A stretch of 63,821 nucleotides of DNA, counting the filler, from Octopus bimaculoides (Eukaryota), in assembly GCF_001194135.2 (NCBI RefSeq). It is 5 parts of 5 records of this genome, joined end to end, with 100 filler letters (N's around TTAATTAATTAA, not from the genome) between each part and the next. Parts side by side here need not be neighbours in the genome. Positions count along the whole stretch, not along the records: positions 41,698 to 58,327 come from NC_068981.1; positions 58,428 to 63,821 come from NC_068983.1; 3 more parts are not named here. The stretch is one strand, 5' to 3'. The notes under the pieces are model-generated. The model had not been told where the DNA came from and searched no databases. It was given only the letters and a program-made list of their open reading frames with translations. This document shows, one piece after another, positions 51,990-63,821 of this stretch; position 1 is the first letter of the stretch, and each line of letters begins with the position of its first letter. The position numbers and the translations under genes were made by a program.

Positions 51990-52316
51990 GTTAAGATATA
52001 TCGTTCCTCCGGCACGAGTCGAAATACTCGAAGTGATGGGTCAACGAAGTCTGTCACATCTCATTCCAAGACCGTTTATATAGGATTCTTGACAGAAAGT
52101 TCACGGAACACTCCAATGATCAAATCCCGTTATGACCCTTCCCGTCATAGTAGCAAGGAGGAGACACAGCCCAGCATTATCCCATTTATTTACAATGGTG
52201 GCGGGGACAATATCTGTTCAATCTGCCGTGACAATTTTCGCATAGGCGAAAATGTTGAAATTCTCTCTGCTTGTTTGCATAAATACCACCCATCTTGCCT
52301 CGCTGAATGGTTAAAA
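51990..52316 (+). CDS. internal coding exon of a RING-H2 (C3H2C3) zinc-finger protein, putative E3 ubiquitin ligase
   Basis: Acceptor TTCTTTCAG|G, donor AAA|GTAAGC, both phase 0. Ser/Thr-rich region then CSICRDNFRIGENVEILSACLHKYHPSCLAEWLK. Confidence 0.85.
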
Positions 52317-52794
52317 GTAAGCAATCGTTTTGTTAATCATTTTATTCATCTGGTGAACTGTTAATATGTAGGGCTGCTTCAAGTGCTTGAGGTTTCGAGA
52401 GTCGAGGACATAGTCTAGTGAATGAGGATGTTATTGGGGGGTTTACAAGATTCAAACAACGAATCTGTAATTTTTGTTTAAAAGATCAGTATTTATCGTG
52501 GTAGTGTTGGGTAGAATTTTTCGTGTCACTGGTTGGTTAGAAATAAAGCAGTTTCTGTCAAATAACGTCATGAAGGTAGTTTGATTCCCAGTACAATGTT
52601 TGATGAGGTATTAAAATTGGGTCTAATACCGTCACATTTTAAATTGCAAAGGTTGCATCCAGGCTTGACAAGAAAATTTAATTCTGTAATACCCCTTGGG
52701 CTACTAATGTTATCATTGGTTAAGAGGCTGCAGTTTTGGGCAAGTGATCACACGATATTCCCATGTTTATTTCAAAGAACTTACATATTTACTC

Positions 52795-53170
52795 TTTTGC
52801 TCCTTTACTTGTTTCAGTCATTTGACAGCGGTCATGCTGGAGCATCGCCTTTCGAGCAAATCGACCCCGGGATTTATTCTTTGTAAGCCTAGTACTTATT
52901 CTATCGGTCTCTTTTGCCGAACCGCTAAGTGACGGGGACATAAACACACCAGCATCGGTTGTCGAGCAATGCTAGGGGGACATACACTATATATAGTGTG
53001 TGTGTGTGTGTATGTATATATACACACGACGAGCTTCTTTCAGTTTCCGTCTACTAAATCCACTCGCAAGACTTCGGTCGACTCGAGGCTATAGTAGACA
53101 CTTGCCCAAAATGCCACGCAGTGGGACTGAACCCTGAACCATGTGGTTGGTAAGCAAGCTACTTACCATA
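52795..53170 (-). mobile_element. full-length tRNA-derived SINE in the RING-gene intron
   Basis: Same family as 36300-36800; head ..GTAAGTAGCTTGCTTACCAACCACATGGTTCAGGGTTCAGTCCCACTGCGTGGC on the minus strand. Confidence 0.8.
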
Positions 53171-53758
53171 GGTATTCCTACGCCTATGATTTACAAATTA
53201 TTTTTAAATTTAAAAACATTTCTGTGGCGACGTAATACTCAAATCTCTACAATATGCAAGATGGATTGTTCTGGTCTGACAAATCCATAAGCATAATAGA
53301 ACATAGCAGATTATTATATAGACATTAAAACAAAAGAATTAACTTTCTCGAGCATTTAAAAACTTCATATAAGGACAGATAGGAGCGCACTTCATTGAAT
53401 ACTAACAATGTTCCGCGTGAAATCTGTTGACTTTACTGTGAGGTTCACTTTGCCAACCGTTTTATAAATTTGGACTAGACTTCTAGAAAGTTTAAAATCT
53501 TGACTGGAAGCCTACATCAATTTAGCTAATGTCTGCCGCCATTGACTGATATAGCCAATATCTATTGGGTGGTAAACATTTACTTGGGCATTCTGCTCTC
53601 TCAAGGCCGTTTATTTCTTTTACGGCATTATAATTAGGCTTTAGTTCTGAACTGGAAATGTGAGCTAGGTGGTTTGAATCGAGGCAGAAACCTGTAACAA
53701 TCTCAATCATCTGGATGATTCATAACAAATTAACGTAATTTTTTTTTTTTCTTTTCAG

Positions 53759-53797
53759 AAGAAACGCAACTGTCCAACTTGCCGATGGAAATGTTAA
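53759..53797 (+). CDS. terminal coding exon of the RING-H2 protein (KKRNCPTCRWKC*)
   Basis: Long poly-T tract and CAG acceptor at 53756-53758. It supplies the final CxxC and completes C-x2-C-x15-C-x-H-x2-H-x2-C-x10-C-x2-C. Confidence 0.88.
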   Translation, partial: KKRNCPTCRWKC

Positions 53798-53893
53798 TTT
53801 TGAACACTTGCGGAATATTACACATTTTGATTCTCATTAACTTTTTACGATTTTGTTTTCGATGCTTTGTTGTAAATATTTTAAAATTTTCGA

Positions 53894-53899
53894 AATAAA
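53894..53899 (+). terminator. candidate polyadenylation signal of the RING-H2 gene
   Basis: First AATAAA, 97 nt after the stop codon. Confidence 0.45.
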
Positions 53900-54509
53900 T
53901 CTCTTTTAATTCTAATTAACATTTTAGTTATTAATACCAACAAACGCTGTATTTTTACCAAAATGGTTGTATTTGTCCCCACTTAAAAGTGAATGTTAGA
54001 ATACAAAGGACTGCGATAATGACCAGAATAGAACCTTTCGTATGAATTTGTGATGCATATAAACACGTTAATATCTCCAGCGGGAGATAATTTTCCGTCA
54101 TCGCCGCCGGGACTACAACATCACGTGAGTGAGGCCTTTTCTCCTTGTCGATAGACGCCCGAAATTTGGAGGTTGCGACTTCACCGCCAACACCATACAT
54201 AGTCACAGTGCCTAATCACATTAGTGTCACAAATAGCCAGTGAGCTTATTAAAAAGTGAGTTTGCTGTCAATGTTTTATAAATATTCTAAAATTTTCGAA
54301 ACAATCTTCTAGTAATGAAAACATAATAGCGACAGAAGCTGTATTACCAAGAGGTAAGTTATCCCCACTTAAAAGTAGATGTTAGAACAAAATTCTGCGA
54401 TAGTAATTACTTACAGAACCTCTTGGATTTTGTTCACAAGGATTCTAAGTCTCGAATATCTAAATGATTTATTTGGGGAGTGAAGATATCACGATTGAAA
54501 GCTTTCTAT

Positions 54510-54545
54510 TAGAAACTACACTACCCGTGACCCGTCGGGTTACCG
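54510..54545 (-). mobile_element. degenerate Helitron-like 3' terminus
   Basis: Minus strand ACCCG-ACGGGTCA-CGGGT hairpin followed by AGTGTAG|T, similar to the terminus at 58688-58717. Confidence 0.4.
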
Positions 54546-56253
54546 GGAAACTGTTTCCCAGCAAGGATTTCTTTTTTCAAAGTTATTTCGCATTCTTTCA
54601 AGAAATGATGCATCGAAATTACGTGGGAACTGCTCTTTTCTCCAGAAAATGATTTGGCTGCTATTGCTTGCACGCCCTGCTACCATGTAACAGGTATATC
54701 GGGTCATTTATCGCAAATAGCTGTTATGTGCTAGTCGGGCGTGCTAGAAATATCAGCCAAGTATTTGGATGTGAGATACGTTGAACGCACTTGAAAAAAA
54801 CCTATGGAAAAAAATTTCATACAGAGGTTACGAACGGGTCTTTTACGAAATATTTATCGTATTTTTTTAGTCATTTTCACTTTAAAATATTTTAGTCTGC
54901 CAAAAATTTTGTAATGGTATTCACTTGAAAATAATTTAAAAACCAATGTTTAAAGAAAGTTAAGATATAAATACTTACTGTACAAACAACTTACATTTTT
55001 GAAATCAGATTCACTTAAAAATACTTCTATATGATTAAAATATTGACAACACACTACCACTTTATCGTGTTAATACTGTATAAATCTGAGATTTAGAAAT
55101 GTATTTCTATTTTCGGAATCAGTGAATGTATTTCACTTGAGTTGTTTAGAGGCAGATAGGCATCGACAGCTAGCAAGCCACGCTACTCCAGACTGATGAC
55201 GAGCAATGACTCAAACTAGTCTCTATATGCTGGCTTTGCTGGGTAGAGGCGCTTATCTACCCCTTTGTAAACATAAGGACACAAGAAATGTGTCAAGGCC
55301 AAGAGGAAGCGGTGCTTCCTAGGGCTAAATAGCAGTAGTATTCTTTCCTTTCATGGGACTGTCATTAAGTTGACAACATACCACCATTTTATCGTGTTAC
55401 TACTGTATAAATCACTCATAGTTATAAATGTTTTGATTAAAATATTTAACAAAAGCGAAAATGAAAATATTTACTGTATATATATATATATATATATAAA
55501 AAAAAAAAAGTCGTTGTCTAATCGCAAGGTAAGTTCTTACCTTTCAGAAAAAAATATCCCATTATGTACAGTTTTGAGTATTTATACCCCGAAAACACCT
55601 ATCTCTATCAGTTGTCCGATTTACGCGAAACTTGTTTTATTCGGTTCGTATTNNNNNNNNNNNNNNNNNNNNNNNNNNNNNNNNNNNNNNNNNNNNNNNN
55701 NNNNNNNNNNNNNNNNNNNNNNNNNNNNNNNNNNNNNNNNNNNNNNNNNNNNNNNNNNNNNNNNNNNNNNNNNNNNNNNNNNNNNNNNNNNNNNNNNNNN
55801 NNNNNNNNNNNNNNNNNNNNNNNNNNNNNNNNNNNNNNNNNNNNNNNNNNNNNNNNNNNNNNNNNNNNNNNNNNNNNNNNNNNNNNNNNNNNNNNNNNNN
55901 NNNNNNNNNNNNNNNNNNNNNNNNNNNNNNNNNNNNNNNNNNNNNNNNNNNNNNNNNNNNNNNNNNNNNNNNNNNNNNNNNNNNNNNNNNNNNNNNNNAA
56001 TTTGCGGGGAGCGGGTAAGTCGATTCTGCTAGCTCCCCGCCTTAGTAATAATAATGAATATAAAACGAATACAAAGCGGCGAGCTGGCAGAAACGTTAGC
56101 ACGCCGGTCGAGCTGCTTGGCGGTATAGCGGCTCCGTAAATTATTGTGAATACTGTTGTGTTACTTTGTGAAAACTGTCTCGGTAAAGAATTGTGATTTT
56201 TGTGGAATTATTACGGTTACGTTTCACGCGAGCTGCTGCATTTTTTCCCAGCT

Positions 56254-58109
56254 ATGGCAAGTGGTAGTGTCTCCAGTATAGAGACCTACGCCAAGGCCAC
56301 TGCAGTGAGGAAGCCAGTGCCGCTAGAAACCAAGTTAATCAAGTTGGATATGGAGGAGGTGACCAGAAGCAGGAATTTGATAGAGGTTGAGAGAGACTCA
56401 TACAAATGGTTCCCCCCCCAAAAGAGACTAAACAAAACAAAATTCTGAGGAAAGTTGTGTATCGTACACAGGCTGTCGAAACCTGTAAAATTGAAATGGT
56501 GACGAAAGAGGAAATCGAGGAGTACCTGGGTGAAATTGTCAATGAAGCCACGTACATCAACAGAGGAAGAAAGTTCGGTACGGTAGAGGTGAGGTTCGCC
56601 ACTATAGAAGAGGCAACCAAGCATGCGACCAACATTTTAAGAAGTGCAAAAATAGCATTCCTACCAAGTTATAGAGGAAGAAGTGTGAAAATACGTATTC
56701 CCAGAGTTACACCAGAAATTAAACCAGAGTGGTTGGTCGCAACAGTGCTGGCTGCAACGAAGGAGGAGCCGGAAATGGGATCAGTGGCGAAATCAAAAGT
56801 GCGTAAATGATGGGGATTTGAACTCGAAATGTGGCTTTTTGCCACATTCGAGGACATAGAAAGAATTCCCTGCCAGATAGAAGTGGAGGATGAGAGAACG
56901 TTAAATGTTGTAGTCGAGGGAAGGAAACCAAATTGCTACATATGCGGGGAAAGAGGTCATATGAAGACCAAATGTCCCCTATATGAGTTCACACAGCCAC
57001 AGCAAGAGAAAGCACAAGCAGAGGAGGAAAACATTGTAGACCACACTGAGGAAATGAAAGAGACAGAAGTGTGAAACAGAAAACAAAGGAGAAGAACGAA
57101 AATGGAGCTACTAACCCGAAAAAGCAAAGGAAAAATAAGTCAAAGGAACGGTCAACAGAAAACAAAAAAGCGATGGAAAAGCCAGAAACTAATAATGTAC
57201 AAGAAAAGAGAACGGATAAAGATGTGAAATACAAGGGGGTTTTGATAAAGTACGAAAATTGCGAGCAGATGGAGAAAAAAGTCGAGAGATTGGAGGAAAT
57301 AATAAGAGTGAAGATGCCTGAGAAATGTGCTGAGAAATGCATTTTGATACATGAGGAAAACTACTGGGAGTACATAAAAGAACTTGGTGAAAATATAATA
57401 ACGAAACGGGTATGGTTGGTGGAGACACCACCCCCTAGAACTGATTATTTGCAGTTGTTAAAGACGGACGTAACAGTGATTAATGGAAGAAAAATAACGC
57501 GAGTATTCCAATTTTTTGAAAGTAAGGACAGAGGAATGGGTGCTCTTGCATTCGTACTGCGGCAAACGTGTGGTCAAGGTGCCACTTAAATTGAAAGAAG
57601 AATGGCTGATGACAGCCATAATATATAATATGAAAGACGGGAAGATGCTGAAGGCTACAAGGACCCAGAAGGTAGATTATTGTGGATATGGGATCGAATT
57701 AACGATTCAGGCAACAACAGAGGACTTGAATAATGTGGTGGAGGAGATTATGTTACCAGAAGATGTGAGACTGAGAGTTACTGTGGAGGGTAGGCCGCCA
57801 GTGTGTTTCACATGTGGAGAAAGGGGTCACATGAAGGCATAATGCACCCAAAGAAATCCACAAACAGAACAGGCGGAGAGACAGGAGAGTGTGGACCAGG
57901 TAGTACAGGACAAGGCAACAGAAAAAGAAGTGGAGAAGGGATTCACTATGGTTAAAAAGAAAAGGAGGCGCGGAGGAATGAGTTCTCCGCCAGAGAAGCA
58001 GAAAAAGAAGAGAGAAGAGGTGAGAAAAGTAACTGTGAAGGAGGGCAGTAGGAAGGAAAAAGAAAGTGGAGTTACCAGTGGAGAAAGTGTCGGAAACCCA
58101 ACTGTATGA
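56254..58109 (+). pseudogene. L1/Tx1-type ORF1-like protein with two tandem (RRM-like + CCHC knuckle) modules, disrupted
   Basis: ATG at 56254. Module 1 ends VVVEGRKPNCYICGERGHMKTKC and module 2 ends VTVEGRPPVCFTCGERGHMKA*C. K/E-rich linkers; three frameshifts and two in-frame stops. Confidence 0.8.
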
Positions 58110-58427
58110 AGGTGAGATGGAGAGACTATCTAGAAGAAAACTACAGAAAATTGAAAGAGATGTGTGGAGATAACGTTGACCCGCCAGGAGTGGAGGTGGA
58201 ATTTAAAGAGTTACCACCAGTGGTGGATTCAAGAGATATCGAACCACTAATGAAGTTCTACTAAAGACAAGAAAAAGTATGAAATTAAAGGGAAAAAAAG
58301 AGAACAATTGTAAATAGTACATATAACNNNNNNNNNNNNNNNNNNNNNNNNNNNNNNNNNNNNNNNNNNNNTTAATTAATTAANNNNNNNNNNNNNNNNN
58401 NNNNNNNNNNNNNNNNNNNNNNNNNNN

Positions 58428-58716
58428 AAAAGGGATTACCCTGCTATGTATAATCAGGGCAGCGCAAAAAGTTGTTTTGCACAAGCATTTCTATAGCCAA
58501 TTACACGGATGAAATTTACGTATGCTTAATAATTTTACGCAAAACAGCCTTCAGACTTTCCCTATTAATTTCATCGTCTTTTGAATTATGAACATATTTA
58601 CATCATAAGGGTTTTTTCATTGTAAGGCTTTCTTTTTTAGTTGATTTTCAGCTAGCAAGACTTATCGTAGATGGCATAATAAGTCACACCCGGACAAGGT
58701 CGGGTTATACTGCTAG
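58428..58716 (+). mobile_element. Helitron-like non-autonomous element, 3' end
   Basis: Hairpin ACCCG-GACAAGGT-CGGGT (58688-58705), 7 nt, CTAG (58713-58716), then T: the canonical Helitron 3' terminus. The 5' end was not identified. Confidence 0.6.
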
Positions 58717-60300
58717 TTTCTAATAATTTCTTAGACATAATATGTACTGAATGACCTTGATAATACCTTTATGCCCTGTTAATGTTTGTACATGTTGTAC
58801 ATGCAATACTAAACATTTATTTATTGCAATCTATTTTATACAAATATTATCTAATTAGGCTACAACAGTTTTGAAATTTGAAGTTGACATGTGATTAATC
58901 TTTTTCATTCCTATTTATCTTACAAATATTTAAATCAAATGAATATTGCAATCATAGATATTTGGTCAACTAGTTGTGCAATATGATTTGTATTTATAGC
59001 CTTAGATATAAGTAAAACCATAGCCTCCAGAAATTTTGTTACTTAATGAATGTAGTTAATCCTCCCTTCTTATGTCAGTTTACTTGCTTGCAAATGTCAA
59101 GTATGGCAAAACTATCACAACAAGAACGCTTTTTCTTATATTTAAATTTCCTGCTTTACAACTCCCATTTAACTGCTGAAATAAAACTACCATGATTAAT
59201 CCTCAATCAAATTTTGTCTTGTGTCCCTCCCTTTTAAATCCCATGTTAATTTTATGTTCTGAATTGCTCAACTCCCACACATCTTTTCTCCTGCTTGCTG
59301 TAGTTTCTTTAATGACCTCTTCTTTATCCTGTACACTGGGTGAAGTTTATATATCGACTAAGAATAGTGAATTCTCTTTTAATCCTCTTTAAGTGCTCTA
59401 ATCTTTCATGAATGGCAGCCTACTGTAGTAAATACTGAAATTACATGTTCAATCTCTCTTGTAAATAAACATCAGCCTAACTGATTCTCTTCATTTCTCT
59501 CAACAAAAATGAAAAGATAACTTTATTCAGTTACAGATGGATCTTATATATATATATATATATACATTTTACTTTTTGATATTCTTCAGTTGAGAGATGA
59601 ACAATATTCATTTCTTTTTTTAAGCCCAACTAAACGGAAGGTAGTGTGTGGTCAGCATTCAGCTTCAATAGCTGTCAATGACATTGAAACTGCCAACAGC
59701 TAATAGTAAGCTTACTAGATGAGGGTAGTAGACTAGTCTTTTCCAATAAAACAAGTGATGTATTTAATCCCTTGTAGAGTTGTCAAGCCACTTATTGTGT
59801 TTGGGTAAAACATTTATAGCTTATTAGCAGAACATCACTGAAGATTAGATTAGGGATAGAATAGCAAAAATTAATAAATAAAATCCATTCGCAACATAAA
59901 TATTATATAAATATCAAATAAGTTTATAATTAACAGTTACACAATATTGTATTGGCTCAAACTGAAATAGCAAGATTCTATGAAGAATTTTTTTATGAGT
60001 AAGGCTACGCAAGTATAAAATTTGATAGTTGTTTCTATTTTCACCAGCCATTTAATTTTTTTCTTTAATGACAATGTGATAAAGTGTTGTAGCTGACTAA
60101 AACAAAGTATTAACTTACTAATGAAAGGAACAGAAGTTTGTATACTCATCAGAACTGAGATATTTAACCCTCAACCCATTTCCACATAGCTATGAAAAAT
60201 CATGGATAGGTACAACTTAGTTATTGAATAATTGATAAAGTTGAAAGCCAAGTTTAATTCTTGGCAGAGGGAAAGGTTTCTCCAGACTTATTTTCCCTAG

Positions 60301-60640
60301 ATATCATCATCATCATCATCATCATCGTTTAGCATCATCCTTCCATGCTGGCATGGGTTGGATAGTTTGACAGGAGCTGGCCAGGCAGAAGACTGCACCA
60401 TACCTTTGTGTCTGTTTGGGCATGGTTTTTATGGCTGGATGCCCGTCCTAACACCAATGAACCCGCAGAATAGGCTGAGTGCTTTTTATGTAGCACCAGC
60501 ACAAGCAAGGTCAGTTTGGCATGGTTTTTACAGCTGGATGTACCTCCAAATGCCAACCATTTGATAGTGTGGACTGGATATTTTTATGAGTAGCACCAGC
60601 ACTGGCAAGGTCAACAAGTAACCTGCAAAACAAAGAATCT
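60301..60640 (-). mobile_element. SINE/RTE-like repeat with (ATG)n tail
   Basis: (CAT)n tract followed by CGTTTAGC..CCATGCTGGCATGGGTTGGA..GGCTGGATGCCC; family assignment from pattern recognition only. Confidence 0.55.
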
Positions 60641-60812
60641 TTGAGAGGAGAGGGGGCATAAAAGGAGGTGATCTTGTGTCAGATGATAAAATGTTAACAG
60701 ATGTCTTGCTGTAGAGGAGATATATGGAGAGAGAAAGAGAGAGAGAGAGTTAACAAAGAAAGAGAGCAGAAATAGGTGTGTTGCTGTAAAGAAGATACAT
60801 GGTTACCTAACC

Positions 60813-61091
60813 CAGGAGTTTTCAAACTTTTTGACTTGTAGACCCCTTTATATTTCAGGCTTTACCTTAGGGACCCCCTTATAAACGCTTATGAAATTTA
60901 TACATAAATATTTGCTTAAAATAACATATATTTTTACATTTATTTATTTAACAGTATTTAACAAATAGGTTTATTGTCAATTAAAAAATTTTGATTAAAA
61001 AACATATATAAAATCAAATTGCCCATAAAAAGTATTTGCTGTCCACGGACCCCCTGTCTTGTCCTTGCGGACCACAGTTTGAAAACCCCTG
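60813..61091. mobile_element. hAT-type MITE
   Basis: TIRs CAGGAGTTTTCAAACT / AGTTTGAAAACCCCTG (15/16) and an 8-bp target-site duplication ACCTAACC / ACCTAACT. Confidence 0.9.
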
Positions 61092-63708
61092 ACCTAACTG
61101 GAGGGAAGAGCAAGAGAAGGAGAGAAAGTGATCAAGAACAAGGGCAGTATTAATTCAAGGCCTTTATTGAAAGTAAGCAATTGAAAGAACAGAGACGTTT
61201 TTTTGACTTCAAAGAATATATATCTGAAGTTGTCATGAGAAATTATGTTACAGAGCTTGTAATACTAACCCACCTAAGAGTGCCCCTGGTTCTATAATAG
61301 AATCTCCCTGTTTTAAAGTGATTCAAATTAAGAATTTCCATAACATTCCAAGCTGACTTAAGTACCAAACACTAGCTTAATAATGACAAAGTTCTTTTAC
61401 CAAATTCTTTCTTACTTTTAAAATTAATTGAAATAAAAATGATGTGCTCCCACAGAAATATGGTAGCAAAAGGTTAAAAACAAGATCTCTTCCTTTCAGT
61501 GCAGACAATCATAAAAAATACACATAACAACAGTACCAGCCTCAATAACATTATCAGCTCTAAACACTGTTGAGATGTACACTAGCAGAAATAGGTTCAG
61601 AAGAACAACGATTGATATCCATCTGAGTCTTCTTGCTCATTTTTTATTGTGGCAACTATAAAAACCTACAAACTGGTTCAAACTCTGCACACTGTTGTTA
61701 TTAAGCAGGTGAAGGCATAATAAACTGGAGTGTTGCATTTGAAGATTGCATTCATTACTTGTGTCCACTTTATTAACTCCACAGGAATGAAAGACAAAGT
61801 TTTGTTTGTTAGTCTGGGGTATTTCTATATTAAAAGACTGAGAGTTAGAGAAAGAAAAAGAGCTGCATTAACAAACATATACTATGATACAAGAATCTGA
61901 CATGAAGTAGCCAATCAAGTAAATTAGTGCCTGATGAAACCTTTAATGTAGTTCAACTTTACCACAATATTCACATATCATAAGTGGTTAAGGATATTGC
62001 TAATGTGAAGGACACCAACTTTCAGTGAACTACTTATCAGGCTACTGGTCTCTGACATATAAAGAATGACCAATGGCAGAATGAACTCAAGAGAAATTAT
62101 ACTGATAGACACTGAATTGGGAAAAGAATTTGCAAAAGCAAAAGAGATGATTACTTATGATAATTGATTTATATTAAACTAGCAGTTGTACTCAGCTTAA
62201 CTCATGTTTGTTAATATCCTAAATAGATACAGTCATGTGAATTTACTATATTTTAGATAAAGTATTTAAAAAAAAGATGCTGACAATGTTCAGCTAGTCC
62301 AGGAATGTTGACTGTTGCAGTCAAGCAATTTAGAAAGGGGTTCAAGGTAAGCAAATAAATGAATTCAAATATAGAACCAATGGCCCACAAAAGATGCTTC
62401 CCTATGCAAAATATCAACTACTTAGGTGAATAAGTGTGGCCTACAACTTGGAACATGTACACATACATTCACCTTTATATATTAAGAATATTAGAAAGCA
62501 ACGAGTAGGTAATTGCCAGGGTCAGTTGCCTTTCAAGAGAAAGTTTTCTTAGGGAAATGTACAATCCAGCGGCCAAATAGAATACATCAGCTTAGGTACA
62601 AGAGTACTTCCTGCACTTAAACATTCTCTGACTAACAGCAATTCAAACTGAACCTAAGTTTTGCTAAAGTTACCAAATTATCTCTGTTCTTTAGTCTATG
62701 AGAACCTGAAATAAGTGTGACATCTACCTCTCTAACTAAGATTAATAATAATAATAAAAAATTTCAACAATAGTTCCAAACTAGACAATATAATTTATAA
62801 GATGTTTTTGATATATTACAAACTACAGCAATGCTAGTGTGATAGTTGAGCTTATATTTATGTATTAAGTCTGACCTATAATAAGGTTAATATTAGCATG
62901 ACAGTTAGTTTTGCATTCATATAAAAATTAGGATTTTCCTGATGAGATTATAAACTGTTACATGATGAAGTGAAAAGATAAAATGATGATCTACATATTA
63001 GCAAAGTAGAGTAAGAGGTGACCTTCAGGTGAATCATGTAAACAATCCAGTTCTAGGTCAAAATTATTTCATTGCTAATGCTTTTGAGAAAAATATGAAG
63101 GTCAATTTTCACCCTCATAATATATATATGAAAAATATATCCATATATTAACAAAATAACTTTCATATTATTGCATGGGGTTTCATGCAATATAAGTAAT
63201 TCTATGATGGTTATGTGGTTATTTTGAAAATTCTTCAAAGAATGATGACTGTGCTCTGTATAGTTATGAACTGCCCTTTGGCAAGGCATAGCACCCATTC
63301 AGCCACCCTGCCAGGGATATGACAAAGCCATGGGACTGCACATGGGCAGATTGTGAAAACATGAAAGAGCTCAAGTGAACCAATGGTGCTTCTTGCATTG
63401 ATTCTGAGCAGAGGAATCCTAGAAGATCAACAATCAAGATCACCAAACACTATCAAGAGAGCAACTGCAATGCATCCATAGGAATGCATCCATAGTCTGG
63501 GATATTTCTATATTAAAAGACTGGTTGTGTTATCAGCTTATGAAAAATTCATTATGATTCAAGACCCCAATTCAAATTCATAATAATGGAATTGGATAGT
63601 GACAGAAAGTCATGGGAATCCACGAAAGCAGTGAAAGAAAAATTGTAAATACAATATATATTTGACATCATTAATGTGAGAGTGTATGCATTCATGCATG
63701 CATGCATG

Positions 63709-63739
<31 letters not shown>

Positions 63740-63821
63740 CTCACTTCCCGAGCGTTAAACTAATACATCTGTTTGTTGCTTACACACCCGTCTTTGTCTT
63801 GTTTTTTTTGTAAATTCTCAC

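Noticed and set aside
1-63821. CRISPR arrays, rRNA genes or prokaryotic systems
   Set aside because: None seen; the sequence is eukaryotic with spliceosomal introns and animal transposons.

Overview
AT-rich, repeat-dense animal genomic DNA from a gapped scaffold. The SINE families and the (CA)n/(TA)n load suggest an octopus genome; this is inference from pattern recognition, not a database match. Only one host protein-coding gene is supported: the last two coding exons of a RING-H2 (C3H2C3) protein on the + strand (51990-52316 and 53759-53797); its first exon(s) were not found. The rest is a mosaic of decayed transposons: two copies of one mariner family, another mariner fragment, Tc1, a Sola-like DDD transposase, hAT and other MITEs, Helitron-like ends, R4/Dong and RTE LINE pieces, at least five Penelope-like (GIY-YIG) fragments, an LTR-like repeat, an L1/Tx1-type ORF1 element and many SINEs. 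The most interesting signal is non-coding: several hammerhead ribozyme motifs of different designs. They include a non-coding tandem element with two type I hammerheads 488 nt apart and a 5' inverted segment (retrozyme/pLTR-like, 6411-7400), minimal hammerheads with a palindromic GGCC loop in an inverted Penelope pair (14272-14364, 16343-16435), and a compact hammerhead downstream of a Penelope GIY-YIG ORF (39989-40033). Also notable are an element with two tandem ORF1-like CCHC modules and no visible ORF2, stacked LTR-end/PBS-like junctions, and a CpG-depleted domain after about 58.4 kb. Most long ORFs in the supplied track are artefacts of N-gaps or microsatellites. All alignments and folds were done by eye, and element boundaries are approximate unless termini are quoted.
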